DNA of 64,000 bases from a virus. Of this stretch, positions 48,129 to 57,123 are shown piece by piece. The position numbers were made by a program, and so were the translations under genes. Numbering within the stretch: position 1 is the first letter of the stretch; the number at the start of each line of letters is the position of its first letter. The stretch covers positions 1-64,000 of the IMG/VR virus record IMGVR_UViG_3300046501_000082; one strand, 5' to 3'. Below the pieces are notes generated by a model that was not told where the DNA came from, made no database searches, and saw nothing but the letters and a program-made list of their open reading frames with translations.

Positions 48129-48773
48129 TTACTCCTTTGTTCTTCCAAAATACTTAATCTCGCCAGCAGCTCTGGCATCACAGGCTTCTTCGAAGGTGTC
48201 AAAATAGCCTAAGTTAATATCTTTTCTTTCAACCCCAATACGGGCACGCCACTTCTGTTGTTTTTCAACCCATGCCACACCTGTTCTGCCAGACTTGTTG
48301 TTTTTAAAGATACCTTTATTAAAGCTTTGAACTCTCCAAGTATCCCATACGCAGTTTTCTCTAGAGTAACCAAGTTTAGGATCTTCTCGTTCTAAAGTCA
48401 AACCCTCTTTATACGAGTCACCCATATCCCTCAAGAAGTTTTCAAACTGACGCCAGTCCTCTTGATCCAAACCAGCGCCCTTTCCTCCGTACTTATCCCA
48501 ATTGGGGTCGTTTGGATTGGTGCAGCGTGAAACCATTGAACCCCATACAGCATAAATCTTAGATTTCCACATGCCATGTGTTCTATAAGAGCGTTCTGCT
48601 CTAAGGCAACCACACGATTGAGAATTTCCGTCTTTAATTTGATCCGCCCTAACTACTTTTTCTTTACCACAGTCGCACAAACAATTCCAGTAGGGCCTAC
48701 CATTTTTAGATTCAGCAAAACTTATGATCGTCCATCTGTTATATTTATTACCTGTCAAGTCTTCGTGAGCCAT
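48129..48773 (-). mobile_element. free-standing HNH-AP2 homing endonuclease
   Basis: C.CDCG, SCGC, M..RC, YGGKG, TLER.D...GY..ENC.W, SGRTGV, LG.F..FEEA. Confidence 0.88.
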
Positions 48774-48782
48774 TATTAGTCC

Positions 48783-50429
48783 TTAAAAATCATCTGGAAC
48801 TTCCTGAGCAAGCAATACTGCCCAAGTGTTTTCATCAATAGTAAATTCATCAGCAACACCTAGGTAACTCCACGGGCGATTCTTCAGAACAGTGAGGCGA
48901 ACATTACCACGGCTTCGATCTGGCATAATCTGAGGCTCCAAACCAATAATGACAAAGCTCAATTGCTCCAGCGCAGAACTCCCGCGCATCATTTCCTTTG
49001 AAACTTTAACCCAAAACGGTTTGTCTTCATTTCCTTTTGGAGCTTTGAACTGTTCAGCGGCACTCCGGTTAATATGGCTAACCGCAATAACACAAACATC
49101 ATTGGCTGCACAGAATGCAGCAAGTTCAGTCATAACAATATCAAGTTCTTTACGCTCATCTGTTACATGACTTCCTGAAATAACCATACTCAAGTGGTCA
49201 ATAAGAATAAACTTACAACCTTCAACCAAGTGCATATGTTTGACTTTGTTCATAAGCTCACTTACTGGCAAACTCCCAAAGTGGCCCAACATTACCAGCA
49301 AGTCATTATCTACGATTTCATCACGAGCTTGTGTGATCTGTTCGAGTGTTGCAGATTCCAAAGGTTTGTCTTTAAACTTCAAGTAACTTACTTTCAACTT
49401 AGATGCAATCAATCGTTGCATTGTTTCTTTATTACTTTCTTCCAAGTAAATCATACCAAGCTTTTCACCAGACGCCATAAAAGAACTGGCAAAAATAGAT
49501 GTAACAGTTGATTTACCAACACCCGAGGGACTGGTGAGCAAAACTAGCTCGCGCATACGAAACCCATGAAGCTTATCCATAAGCTTAGGGAATTCATTTA
49601 CATACACACCCTCTGGCCGTGGCTCAAGCAACTCTTCAATGCTGATGTCAGATGCCTTAACAATCTTTTCAGCAGAATAAGCCCGTTTACCAAACTGAAT
49701 AAGTTTAGCCAAGTCTTCGGCCCGATTAGCTTGCAAGTAATCAGAAGCATCTTTGAAACCGTCTGCTGGCACCACTGTCATTAAAGACAAACCTGAGCCA
49801 ACCAATGCGCTAGCAACAGCTTCACGGGCTTCATGGCCCTTCATAACGCCCTTCTTTGTTTCTGCTGGTGTGCAGTAATCATCATCAAAGAAAATAGTTA
49901 GGCTGTCGTGGCTCTTTACATATTCTTCATTGTGAAGCAAAGCTTCTACAGCATTAGCAGTACCGAGAGGGATAGAAACAACGAGTGGCTCAAGCCCCTC
50001 AAACTTTGTACCTTTTACATTATCGACAGCCGCCTGCCATACACTAACACAGTCCCATTGGCCTTCTGTCGTAATAAGATTAGTCCGTTTTCGATTGGTA
50101 TTTTCTGCAACTTCTTGGCCAAACAATTTGTTGCCAATAGAGACACTGCCAACAGCAGTCCAGTGACCTTTCTCGTCTTTTCCTTTAGTCACATCTTGTT
50201 TAGTGTAGCCAACAACTTTACCTTTCTGGTTATAGGAAGGGAAATAGAAAGATTCTGGTGTCTTACCATCTTTTTCAGAGACAGCAACTTTAACACCAAA
50301 GCGTTCAAGAGTAGCTTTACGTACTCCACGGTCTGGTGCATCGAATGTTGCGTATTTATTTACTTCATCAACTGTTTCTTTTGTAAAAACTTCCACTTCT
50401 CTCTCCTTCAATTTTTTGAAATAACTCAC
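48783..50429 (-). CDS. T7 gp4-like primase-helicase lacking N-terminal zinc-binding domain
   Basis: TOPRIM TEG..D, FDDD, KDASD; Walker A SPSGVGKS, ILIDHL, KNR. Confidence 0.92.
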   Translation of the reverse strand: MSYFKKLKEREVEVFTKETVDEVNKYATFDAPDRGVRKATLERFGVKVAVSEKDGKTPESFYFPSYNQKGKVVGYTKQDVTKGKDEKGHWTAVGSVSIGNKLFGQEVAENTNRKRTNLITTEGQWDCVSVWQAAVDNVKGTKFEGLEPLVVSIPLGTANAVEALLHNEEYVKSHDSLTIFFDDDYCTPAETKKGVMKGHEAREAVASALVGSGLSLMTVVPADGFKDASDYLQANRAEDLAKLIQFGKRAYSAEKIVKASDISIEELLEPRPEGVYVNEFPKLMDKLHGFRMRELVLLTSPSGVGKSTVTSIFASSFMASGEKLGMIYLEESNKETMQRLIASKLKVSYLKFKDKPLESATLEQITQARDEIVDNDLLVMLGHFGSLPVSELMNKVKHMHLVEGCKFILIDHLSMVISGSHVTDERKELDIVMTELAAFCAANDVCVIAVSHINRSAAEQFKAPKGNEDKPFWVKVSKEMMRGSSALEQLSFVIIGLEPQIMPDRSRGNVRLTVLKNRPWSYLGVADEFTIDENTWAVLLAQEVPDDF

Positions 50430-50648
50430 AACCCCTCCTAATCACAAATTCTCAATCGCACCTATACACGCACCAACTCCTTCACTATACCCTTCAGAAC
50501 GTGCATCGTCAAGAGATATCATTTATTCTGTTGTAAACCAAGTGTTGATTTTATCTGCGAATCTGGTTTCCTCAAATCAGTAGTAATTTCTGTGGAGAAT
50601 AAGGCTACCACAAAAGCTAGAAAAAGGAAAAGCATACCTAATTCTTTC

Positions 50649-50876
50649 ATCACATATCCTCGCCACATTCAGCGCAATAACCATTATATTCATCCTTTGC
50701 AGCTTCATAGCCACGAAGGAATTCTTGAGAGTTTTGTGTATAAAAATCTTCTACCAATTTCTCCACCAACTCACCAAACAAAATCCATCAGACTCCAACA
50801 AACCCTTCTCAGCGTAAGAAATTAGCTCATCACTTGAGAATGTCGAAAGTGATGTTGTGTTTATGTTGATAGTCAT
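50649..50876 (-). pseudogene. frameshifted small gene (MTININ...ESD / WILFGELVE...CAECGEDM*)
   Basis: Two protein-like halves offset by one base near 50788. Confidence 0.5.
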
Positions 50877-51361
50877 TGTTCGGACTCCAATTTTTGGATT
50901 TTACTCTTCAATTCTGCAATTTGCTCTTGTCTAACATTTTCTTTTTTAATAGTCTCCACTGAAACTTTCTTTTCTTGGAAGTATTTAATCATATCACTTT
51001 CTGGCATCATCAAGTGCTTGATTGGTATTGAAATGCCACTAGATTCTGCATAATCTTCTCTATAAGAAGTTTCTCCGCAAGAGTTATCAGCACCCCATTG
51101 TTCACTAAAATAGTCACTATCTGTATCATAGTATAATGTTTTAGTATGAGTTGTATAATCTGTCCAGTGCAATACTGCTGTTAAAAATCCTTCTTTTGTT
51201 GGAGGTCTAACGGTCACTGCGAATTCTTTGTCCGGAACCGTAACACTATTGAACCCATTAATATACTTTCTGTACAAATTTAAGTATGTGACAACCAAAC
51301 CCGCAAGATCATAGGATAGATTACTTGCAAGTATAAAGTCTGCCTCTGTTCTTAACATCAT
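50873..51361 (-). CDS. hypothetical protein
   Basis: RBS AGGGGG, 162 aa. Confidence 0.7.
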   Translation of the reverse strand: MMLRTEADFILASNLSYDLAGLVVTYLNLYRKYINGFNSVTVPDKEFAVTVRPPTKEGFLTAVLHWTDYTTHTKTLYYDTDSDYFSEQWGADNSCGETSYREDYAESSGISIPIKHLMMPESDMIKYFQEKKVSVETIKKENVRQEQIAELKSKIQKLESEQ

Positions 51362-51379
51362 AAAAACCCCCTAAATTAA

Positions 51380-51538
51380 TTAACCAAACTTATCACACTT
51401 AGTGAACAAACTCCCTACACAAAAACATCGATATCATCTATCCCTAACGTTTCCTTCACTTCCCTGTCATCGTTGATTCGTAGGCTATATTCCCCACACA
51501 ACAGAGCCTTTTGCCTCAAGAATTGAGCCTCTGTCATG
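51380..51538 (-). CDS. small hypothetical protein (MTEAQFLRQK...)
   Basis: RBS AAGGAG; not in ORF track. Confidence 0.55.
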
Positions 51539-51555
51539 ATGTGTTCTCCTTAAAT

Positions 51556-51711
51556 TTAAATACGTTTCTCAACGCTAGAAATTACATCCTTGATATCCCA
51601 ATAGATATCAGCGTGTTCATCTTCATCACCGCTTGTATCGAAATACTCAAAGTAATCCAAGCTTTCTTCAAGGACTGCTTTGATGGCTTGTAGTGCTTCT
51701 GATTTGGTCAT
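51556..51711 (-). CDS. small acidic protein (MTKSEALQ...KRI*)
   Basis: ATGA coupling, RBS GGAG; not in ORF track. Confidence 0.6.
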   Translation of the reverse strand: MTKSEALQAIKAVLEESLDYFEYFDTSGDEDEHADIYWDIKDVISSVEKRI

Positions 51712-52505
51712 TGTTTATTCTCCAACAGTTTCTGAGCCTTTATGGACCACTCGGAATGTTTGTGCAAAGGTTTTGATGCCGTATGAGCTTCATTGAGTAA
51801 TCCATTGGGAACGTCTTCAAGCTCCTCAATCCGAGCTTCAGCCTTCAAAGACAATTCAGCAGCTGTATGGCGGCTATAGTCTCCAAACAAGGCATGATCT
51901 TTAGGGATATTAAGCGTTGGTGTAGGGACCTTTGTGTCAATGCCGGAATAAGCTTTGAACTCATTAGAGAGCTTACTAGCTATAGACAAATCTTCAGCAT
52001 TTGCAAAATAACCATCAAGGGACCACTGGATAATTTTAATTGTTTCTTCCTTGAGAGTATAGCCAAGCCTCTTGAAATACCGAATACCCCACTTCCAAGC
52101 ATTCACTTCAGAAACCAAACGTTCTTTTGTCCACTTACCTGACCAAGTTGCATTGTAAAAACTTGACGATGAAAAATACTGATGACTTTTGCAGTGACCA
52201 AGTTCATGGCAATAGGTGAGGAAGTCGCCATCGTTTTGAGGTACAGGTGCTGCAATATAGCTGAAAAGGTCTGTGCAAGCTTCCTTGTAGCTAGTCTTTG
52301 CCTGAAAGCCAATCCCGTCTTTAAGCATACGACGTGTGACATACTCAGCAAAGCTGCGACCAGCGATCTTGTAGTCTGTGTTCAGGTTGAATTTACGTTT
52401 AGGAATCTCTGGCTTCACTTCAGGAACTGTAATACTGATAATACTTTTCAGAGCAGTGCCTTTACCAAACGTGATCGTTACGTCTTCTGGTTTGTAAGTC
52501 TTCAT
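51708..52505 (-). CDS. HExxH metallopeptidase-like protein
   Basis: CHELGH ... SEVNAW zincin pattern; RBS AAGGAG; first gene after leftward promoter. Confidence 0.65.
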   Translation of the reverse strand: MKTYKPEDVTITFGKGTALKSIISITVPEVKPEIPKRKFNLNTDYKIAGRSFAEYVTRRMLKDGIGFQAKTSYKEACTDLFSYIAAPVPQNDGDFLTYCHELGHCKSHQYFSSSSFYNATWSGKWTKERLVSEVNAWKWGIRYFKRLGYTLKEETIKIIQWSLDGYFANAEDLSIASKLSNEFKAYSGIDTKVPTPTLNIPKDHALFGDYSRHTAAELSLKAEARIEELEDVPNGLLNEAHTASKPLHKHSEWSIKAQKLLENKQ

Positions 52506-52547
52506 TTTGTGTTTCTCCTTGTCGGGGTTTGTTCTTCAATAGCCCAC

Positions 52548-52576
52548 AAGATAATCCACTATCCACCCCGAGTCAA
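52548..52576 (-). promoter_or_regulatory. leftward sigma70 promoter
   Basis: TTGACT-17-TATCTT. Confidence 0.75.
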
Positions 52577-52654
52577 GGGGTGTGCTGAAATATTTTCAGA
52601 AGACAGTCTGAAGACGTGTGGAGAATGTCCGTAGACGAACAGGCACAAAGGTTT

Positions 52655-52694
52655 GAAAATAATTGTTGACAGGGGGGTTTGGGTGAGGGATGCT
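52655..52694 (+). promoter_or_regulatory. rightward sigma70 promoter with UP element
   Basis: AAAATAATTG-TTGACA-17-GATGCT. Confidence 0.7.
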
Positions 52695-52727
52695 TGGCTA
52701 CACATTTTATTGGAAGAGGTTGCAGAG

Positions 52728-52862
52728 ATGAGAGTTTATATTCTGTGTTCGGTTGCTGGTCACTACAAAGGCGTGTTCAAGTCACGTAAAGAGGCTGAGG
52801 AGCATGCTATTAATGAAGAAATGCTTGGTTATGAAATCTTTATGGATGTATTGAACAAATGA
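52728..52862 (+). CDS. early microprotein
   Basis: RBS GAGGT; MRVYILC... Confidence 0.6.
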   Translation: MRVYILCSVAGHYKGVFKSRKEAEEHAINEEMLGYEIFMDVLNK

Positions 52863-53004
52863 ACACAACCAACGGTACAGATTGGGATAAATGTGGTAAT
52901 GCTATGAGTAATAATACTACGATACATCACCAGCAAGAGGACGCCCCTCTGTGGCTTAGCGCTGAGGATATTCGGGAAATGTTGAAGGAATTGGAGGGTG
53001 AGGA

Positions 53005-53214
53005 ATGATTGACTACAAATTGTTGTATGAAGAGAGCTTAAAAGAGAATGAAAAACTAAGGCTACTCCTAGGGCGTGCACATAAACGCATAGACTCTATG
53101 CGAACTCGATATAAAGGGACGGGCAGTGATTACCTAGACTGTGTTCTGGGCATTGGTGGGTTTGAGCAATATGGTCCGATTAAAGGTGTTAAGGGGTTGA
53201 CAGACGATGAATAA
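53005..53214 (+). CDS. early hypothetical protein
   Basis: RBS, coupling. Confidence 0.6.
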   Translation: MIDYKLLYEESLKENEKLRLLLGRAHKRIDSMRTRYKGTGSDYLDCVLGIGGFEQYGPIKGVKGLTDDE

Positions 53215-53486
53215 TTCTTATGATTTCATACCAGACACGTCCACCTGTTATCAGATAGACGACACAAGATTCTTTGAAATTCAAGCTGACAAAGAGTCTG
53301 TTGAGCGCTTTATTAAAGACTTAGAATTGTTTGAGAAGAAGAGTGCTGAAGAGGGGGAATGATTGTATGAATTCTGCTCACGTTCACTGCTACTCCTGTG
53401 AAAACATATCATGTTCAAAAGCTTGCTTTAGGCTGTGTGTTCGTGAGATGATGTGCCATTGAAATTAATTGATTGGAGAGAAAGGT

Positions 53487-53696
53487 ATGGCCAGGTTTAA
53501 AGCAAAGAAGCTAATCTGGATGCTTGAAGATATTCTTGACAAAGAACAAGAACTTCAGGCGGGTATTAATGCTTGGAATGATGAGAATGAAGATCCTAGC
53601 AACCAAGCGGGTTGTGATCCATCCGACCAATATCTTTTAGGTGAAGAGGTTGAAGGTTTGTGGGAAGAATTTAAGAAAGAGGTGAATGAAGCATGA
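53487..53696 (+). CDS. early acidic hypothetical protein
   Basis: RBS; MARFKAKK. Confidence 0.6.
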   Translation: MARFKAKKLIWMLEDILDKEQELQAGINAWNDENEDPSNQAGCDPSDQYLLGEEVEGLWEEFKKEVNEA

Positions 53697-53893
53697 AACA
53701 TATACAATCAGGCGAAGTGCGGGCTATGTATGATAGCGGTCAATTCTCTATGCAAGAGGCGAAGTACACTCTCAAGAAAGAATATGCTAATGATGCTCTG
53801 TTTGACGCCATCAATAAATGGAATGGTGGACTTCCTCAAGAGGCTTTCATGGAGCTTATCGAAGTGGTTAGCTATTTGGTAAATAAGGAATGA
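53693..53893 (+). CDS. early hypothetical protein
   Basis: ATGA coupling. Confidence 0.6.
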   Translation: MKHIQSGEVRAMYDSGQFSMQEAKYTLKKEYANDALFDAINKWNGGLPQEAFMELIEVVSYLVNKE

Positions 53894-54008
53894 CTGTGAT
53901 CCAGTGTGAAAAAGTGGCTTTAGGGAATGCCCTACAGGCCACGTATTCATTGACTTTGTTATCATTTTTGTACCCATATGAACAGAAGAGGAAGAAGGAG
54001 TTGGAATA

Positions 54009-55292
54009 GTGATAGAAGATGTAGAAGAGTACAGCCTTAAGAGTAGATTGTTAACCTACAATATTAATATCTCTACATCTGTAAGGAATAAGATTAGATA
54101 CATAAATAAGATAGAAGATAAAGAGTTATCTGCTGTTATCATAGTTAATCTCATATCTTGTGTTAAGAGACAGGAGAAGCTTCTGTACTCACGACATAAG
54201 GGTAATCACAGTACGTCTGTAACTAAGTACAACAGACGTGGTATACAAACACACAGACTGTTGAAATGCATTGACACCCTTGAAGCTTTAGGCTATATTG
54301 AGAACTTCGTGGGTAAAGGTCATATAGATAAGGAAAAGAGAATTATGTCTTACATCACACCTTCTGAAGCCTTTATTGCTGAGTTCTGTTCTAAAGATGA
54401 GGAAGTACAGAGCGCTATTGCTGCTTATAATGCCAGCCTTCAGACTATTATCTTGCGTAATGAATATGGTAAGGCTATTGACTATCAAGATAATAAGAAT
54501 ATTAAAGCTGCACGTAAGGTTGTAGAGAAACTAAATCGTATTAATGAGTTGCATGATATTAAAGATGGTGAAGGGAATGTCATGACTAACATCTATTCTC
54601 GTATTTTTAATAAAGATTTTGAGCATGGTGGTCGCTACTTTCATTCGGATGCTTTGAAGATTAAACACAAGAAGACTAAGGCCCGTCTGGATATCACTAT
54701 CAATGGTGAGCAGGTTGTAGAAATTGATTTTTCTAACCTTCACTACAGGCTTGCCAGTTTGATGGAACAGATAAGTATGGAGAACCTTCCACTTGATGTG
54801 TATATGGATATTCTGCCCGAGTGTTTGCAGAATGATGATCACCGTGAATTGATTAAACTTTCTATTAACATTCTGTTCAACTCTAAGACTGAAGATAGTG
54901 CTGATCGTGCAATAAACAAAGAGATTACAAAGTTTAAATCTCAAGGTTGGAATATTGATAAGAGTCTAAATACTGGTAAAAAGGTACGAGAACACATTTA
55001 CATCATGACACCAGATTTTATTCCTTGTTATTGCCGGGATGATTCGTTCGGTCTTGCATTGCAGAACGCAGATTCATACCTTGCACAGCGAGTAATTGAG
55101 AAATTTGTTGACGAAATGAAGCCAATCTTGCCTATTCATGACAGTTTCGTGGTCAGGATGTCTGACGTGGGGCTTTTGGAGAATGCAATGGGAGACGCTT
55201 TTCGAGAAGAATTTGGAATTGCTTCGCTAATTCCCTTGAAAATGTCTTGGAAAGATGCTAATGTGCTTCAAGAAAGTAAAATCTTAGCGTAA
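54009..55292 (+). CDS. stand-alone PolA / single-subunit RNA polymerase-fold protein
   Basis: D..HGGRYF, motif A VEIDFSNLH, motif B R..IK....ILFN, motif C ILPIHDSF; no exonuclease domain; RBS AAGGAG. Confidence 0.78.
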   Translation: MIEDVEEYSLKSRLLTYNINISTSVRNKIRYINKIEDKELSAVIIVNLISCVKRQEKLLYSRHKGNHSTSVTKYNRRGIQTHRLLKCIDTLEALGYIENFVGKGHIDKEKRIMSYITPSEAFIAEFCSKDEEVQSAIAAYNASLQTIILRNEYGKAIDYQDNKNIKAARKVVEKLNRINELHDIKDGEGNVMTNIYSRIFNKDFEHGGRYFHSDALKIKHKKTKARLDITINGEQVVEIDFSNLHYRLASLMEQISMENLPLDVYMDILPECLQNDDHRELIKLSINILFNSKTEDSADRAINKEITKFKSQGWNIDKSLNTGKKVREHIYIMTPDFIPCYCRDDSFGLALQNADSYLAQRVIEKFVDEMKPILPIHDSFVVRMSDVGLLENAMGDAFREEFGIASLIPLKMSWKDANVLQESKILA

Positions 55293-55305
55293 TAGGAGTA
55301 TTAAA

Positions 55306-55716
55306 ATGATTAACGAATTCGGACACACAAATGATGTGAAATACTTGGAAACAGCTAACGCTTTCATTCAAGCCGCTATTGCTGATGGATGGGAGCATTC
55401 TCAAACATACCCATCAGAATCTATTGAGCGTGCATGTCGTCTCACTAAAAATGGTTTTGTCATTAGTGCAATCACTCGTAAAGATGTTGGTAAGTGGAAG
55501 TATGAAGTTCAGTTGAGCGCTTGGGCACCAGACAAACTTTGTATTGATTTGCCTAAAGTATATAATCCTGATACATTCTTGAAAGCAGAAATCACTTGTG
55601 GGATTTGCAAGAAAGAAGTAGACAAAACATATCGGTATAGTTTTGCAGGCAGAGCTTGTGCAGATTGTATCCCAAAGGCTCGTAAAGAGCACGAACAAAC
55701 GGGATGGTGTGATTAA
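55306..55716 (+). CDS. hypothetical protein with C-terminal Zn finger
   Basis: CGIC...CADC. Confidence 0.72.
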   Translation: MINEFGHTNDVKYLETANAFIQAAIADGWEHSQTYPSESIERACRLTKNGFVISAITRKDVGKWKYEVQLSAWAPDKLCIDLPKVYNPDTFLKAEITCGICKKEVDKTYRYSFAGRACADCIPKARKEHEQTGWCD

Positions 55717-55717
55717 C

Positions 55718-55993
55718 ATGACCTACCAAAAACAATACACCTCATTCCTGTCCACTCTGCACCAAGACACACGCCCGTGGATAACTAACCGTGACATCCC
55801 TAAAGATGGATCACAGATTTATCTTATGTGTGGCCTTGACTGGCAAGGAAATGTACAATATGATGTGGGGAGGTATGAGGATTACACAAAGCATTGGTGG
55901 TATTTGAGTAGCCAAATTCCGGGGGAATTGAACACTGAATTTGGCAATTGTGATGAAATTATTGGTTGGAAATTTATGGAGGATAAAGAATGA
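55718..55993 (+). CDS. hypothetical protein (DUF551-like pattern)
   Basis: WI...IPKDG...GW motif. Confidence 0.55.
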   Translation: MTYQKQYTSFLSTLHQDTRPWITNRDIPKDGSQIYLMCGLDWQGNVQYDVGRYEDYTKHWWYLSSQIPGELNTEFGNCDEIIGWKFMEDKE

Positions 55994-56340
55994 AAAACTT
56001 TAAACATGAAGACCGCTACATGGTTGTAAAACTAAGCTTGCTTAGTGATGAATTTAATGAAGATGGAATGCAACGATCTGATGTTATTTACCGTAACGCT
56101 CACTTCGGTAAAGCAATGGTTGAGTGTGTAGTTGTTGAGTCAGACTGGCCTGAATACGATAAAGTTTGGAAGATGATTGAGCAGCGTGTCACAGGCACAA
56201 CACCAAATGTTGATCAAGTGGCTTTAGATTGTATGCAACGGATTATGAGCATTCTTGATGCCGACTGGAAGAGGGGGGAAGTTCAGTTGAAAGCCCAGAT
56301 TCAATGTGCGATTATTGATGCTTTGGAGATTGTTAAATGA
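55990..56340 (+). CDS. hypothetical phage protein
   Basis: F..E.RY.V.K and CVVVESDWPEY..VW.MI motifs. Confidence 0.7.
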   Translation: MKNFKHEDRYMVVKLSLLSDEFNEDGMQRSDVIYRNAHFGKAMVECVVVESDWPEYDKVWKMIEQRVTGTTPNVDQVALDCMQRIMSILDADWKRGEVQLKAQIQCAIIDALEIVK

Positions 56341-56597
56341 ATAAAGAAGAATACCTTGACTGGTGCAATAAAATGGGCTACTTGACAATCACCGATTGGA
56401 ATTACCAGATAGTCGGAAAGTGTCATTACTATTTTATCCTCAACCCTACGACAGATAAGTTTGCCTTGATCAAATTCATACCAATGCGGGTGGGTACAGG
56501 ATACCCTGACAGACATGAAGTGTTAGTGCAAGACTGGACAGATTTTAATGGTTATGCCGAACAGTTTCATAAAGAAACAGAGGGAGCTTGGAAATGA
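56337..56597 (+). CDS. hypothetical protein
   Basis: ATGA coupling. Confidence 0.6.
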   Translation: MNKEEYLDWCNKMGYLTITDWNYQIVGKCHYYFILNPTTDKFALIKFIPMRVGTGYPDRHEVLVQDWTDFNGYAEQFHKETEGAWK

Positions 56598-56806
56598 GTG
56601 AATTAATTGTCTTGATCGTCTGTTGTGTTTGTGTAGGCTGGACTGTGTTCGATTCCACATCTGTTACAATCGATACTGATGAGATTAATAAGATTGGTTC
56701 TTATTGCACCAACAATAAAGGTATTGCTAAAATTAAGTATACAACGGATGGTAATAGTCAGATTACATGTATTGATGGTGCAATCTTTAAAGTTAAAGGA
56801 GAATAA
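56594..56806 (+). CDS. membrane-anchored small protein with Cys pair
   Basis: TM then C..N.G...C.DG..F. Confidence 0.6.
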   Translation: MSELIVLIVCCVCVGWTVFDSTSVTIDTDEINKIGSYCTNNKGIAKIKYTTDGNSQITCIDGAIFKVKGE

Positions 56807-56809
56807 TAA

Positions 56810-56965
56810 ATGAAATTCTTTAAACGTATGTTTTGTACGCATAATTACGTAGAAGTTGAAACAGTACAACCTATCACATTCTTCGGTATTGGCCTATTTT
56901 CACAATACAAAATGAAGTGTACGCTTTGCGGTAAAGAAAGGATTGTAGGAGCAAACGGTAAATGA
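56810..56965 (+). CDS. Zn-binding microprotein, copy 1 (not in ORF track)
   Basis: MKFFKRMFCTH...CTLCGKE; RBS AAGGAG. Confidence 0.7.
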   Translation: MKFFKRMFCTHNYVEVETVQPITFFGIGLFSQYKMKCTLCGKERIVGANGK

Positions 56966-57120
56966 AATTCCTAAAACACCTATTCTGCAAGCACACATAC
57001 CAACATTATCACAACCTATTCATGCCTCTCACTGATGACTGGCCTTGTAAAGTGCAACATGTTGAGAAATGTTATAAGTGTGGGAAAGAGAAAATTGTTA
57101 CTAGGCTTATTGGAGAATAG
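56962..57120 (+). CDS. Zn-binding microprotein, copy 2 (not in ORF track)
   Basis: MKFLKHLFCKH...CYKCGKE; RBS AGGAG. Confidence 0.7.
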   Translation: MKFLKHLFCKHTYQHYHNLFMPLTDDWPCKVQHVEKCYKCGKEKIVTRLIGE

Positions 57121-57123
57121 CAC

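Noticed and set aside
48125-48202. ORF-track start of polymerase (MTPSKK...)
   Set aside because: Overlaps the HNH gene; TTG at 48124 has a well-spaced AAGGAG and starts at the Exo I motif
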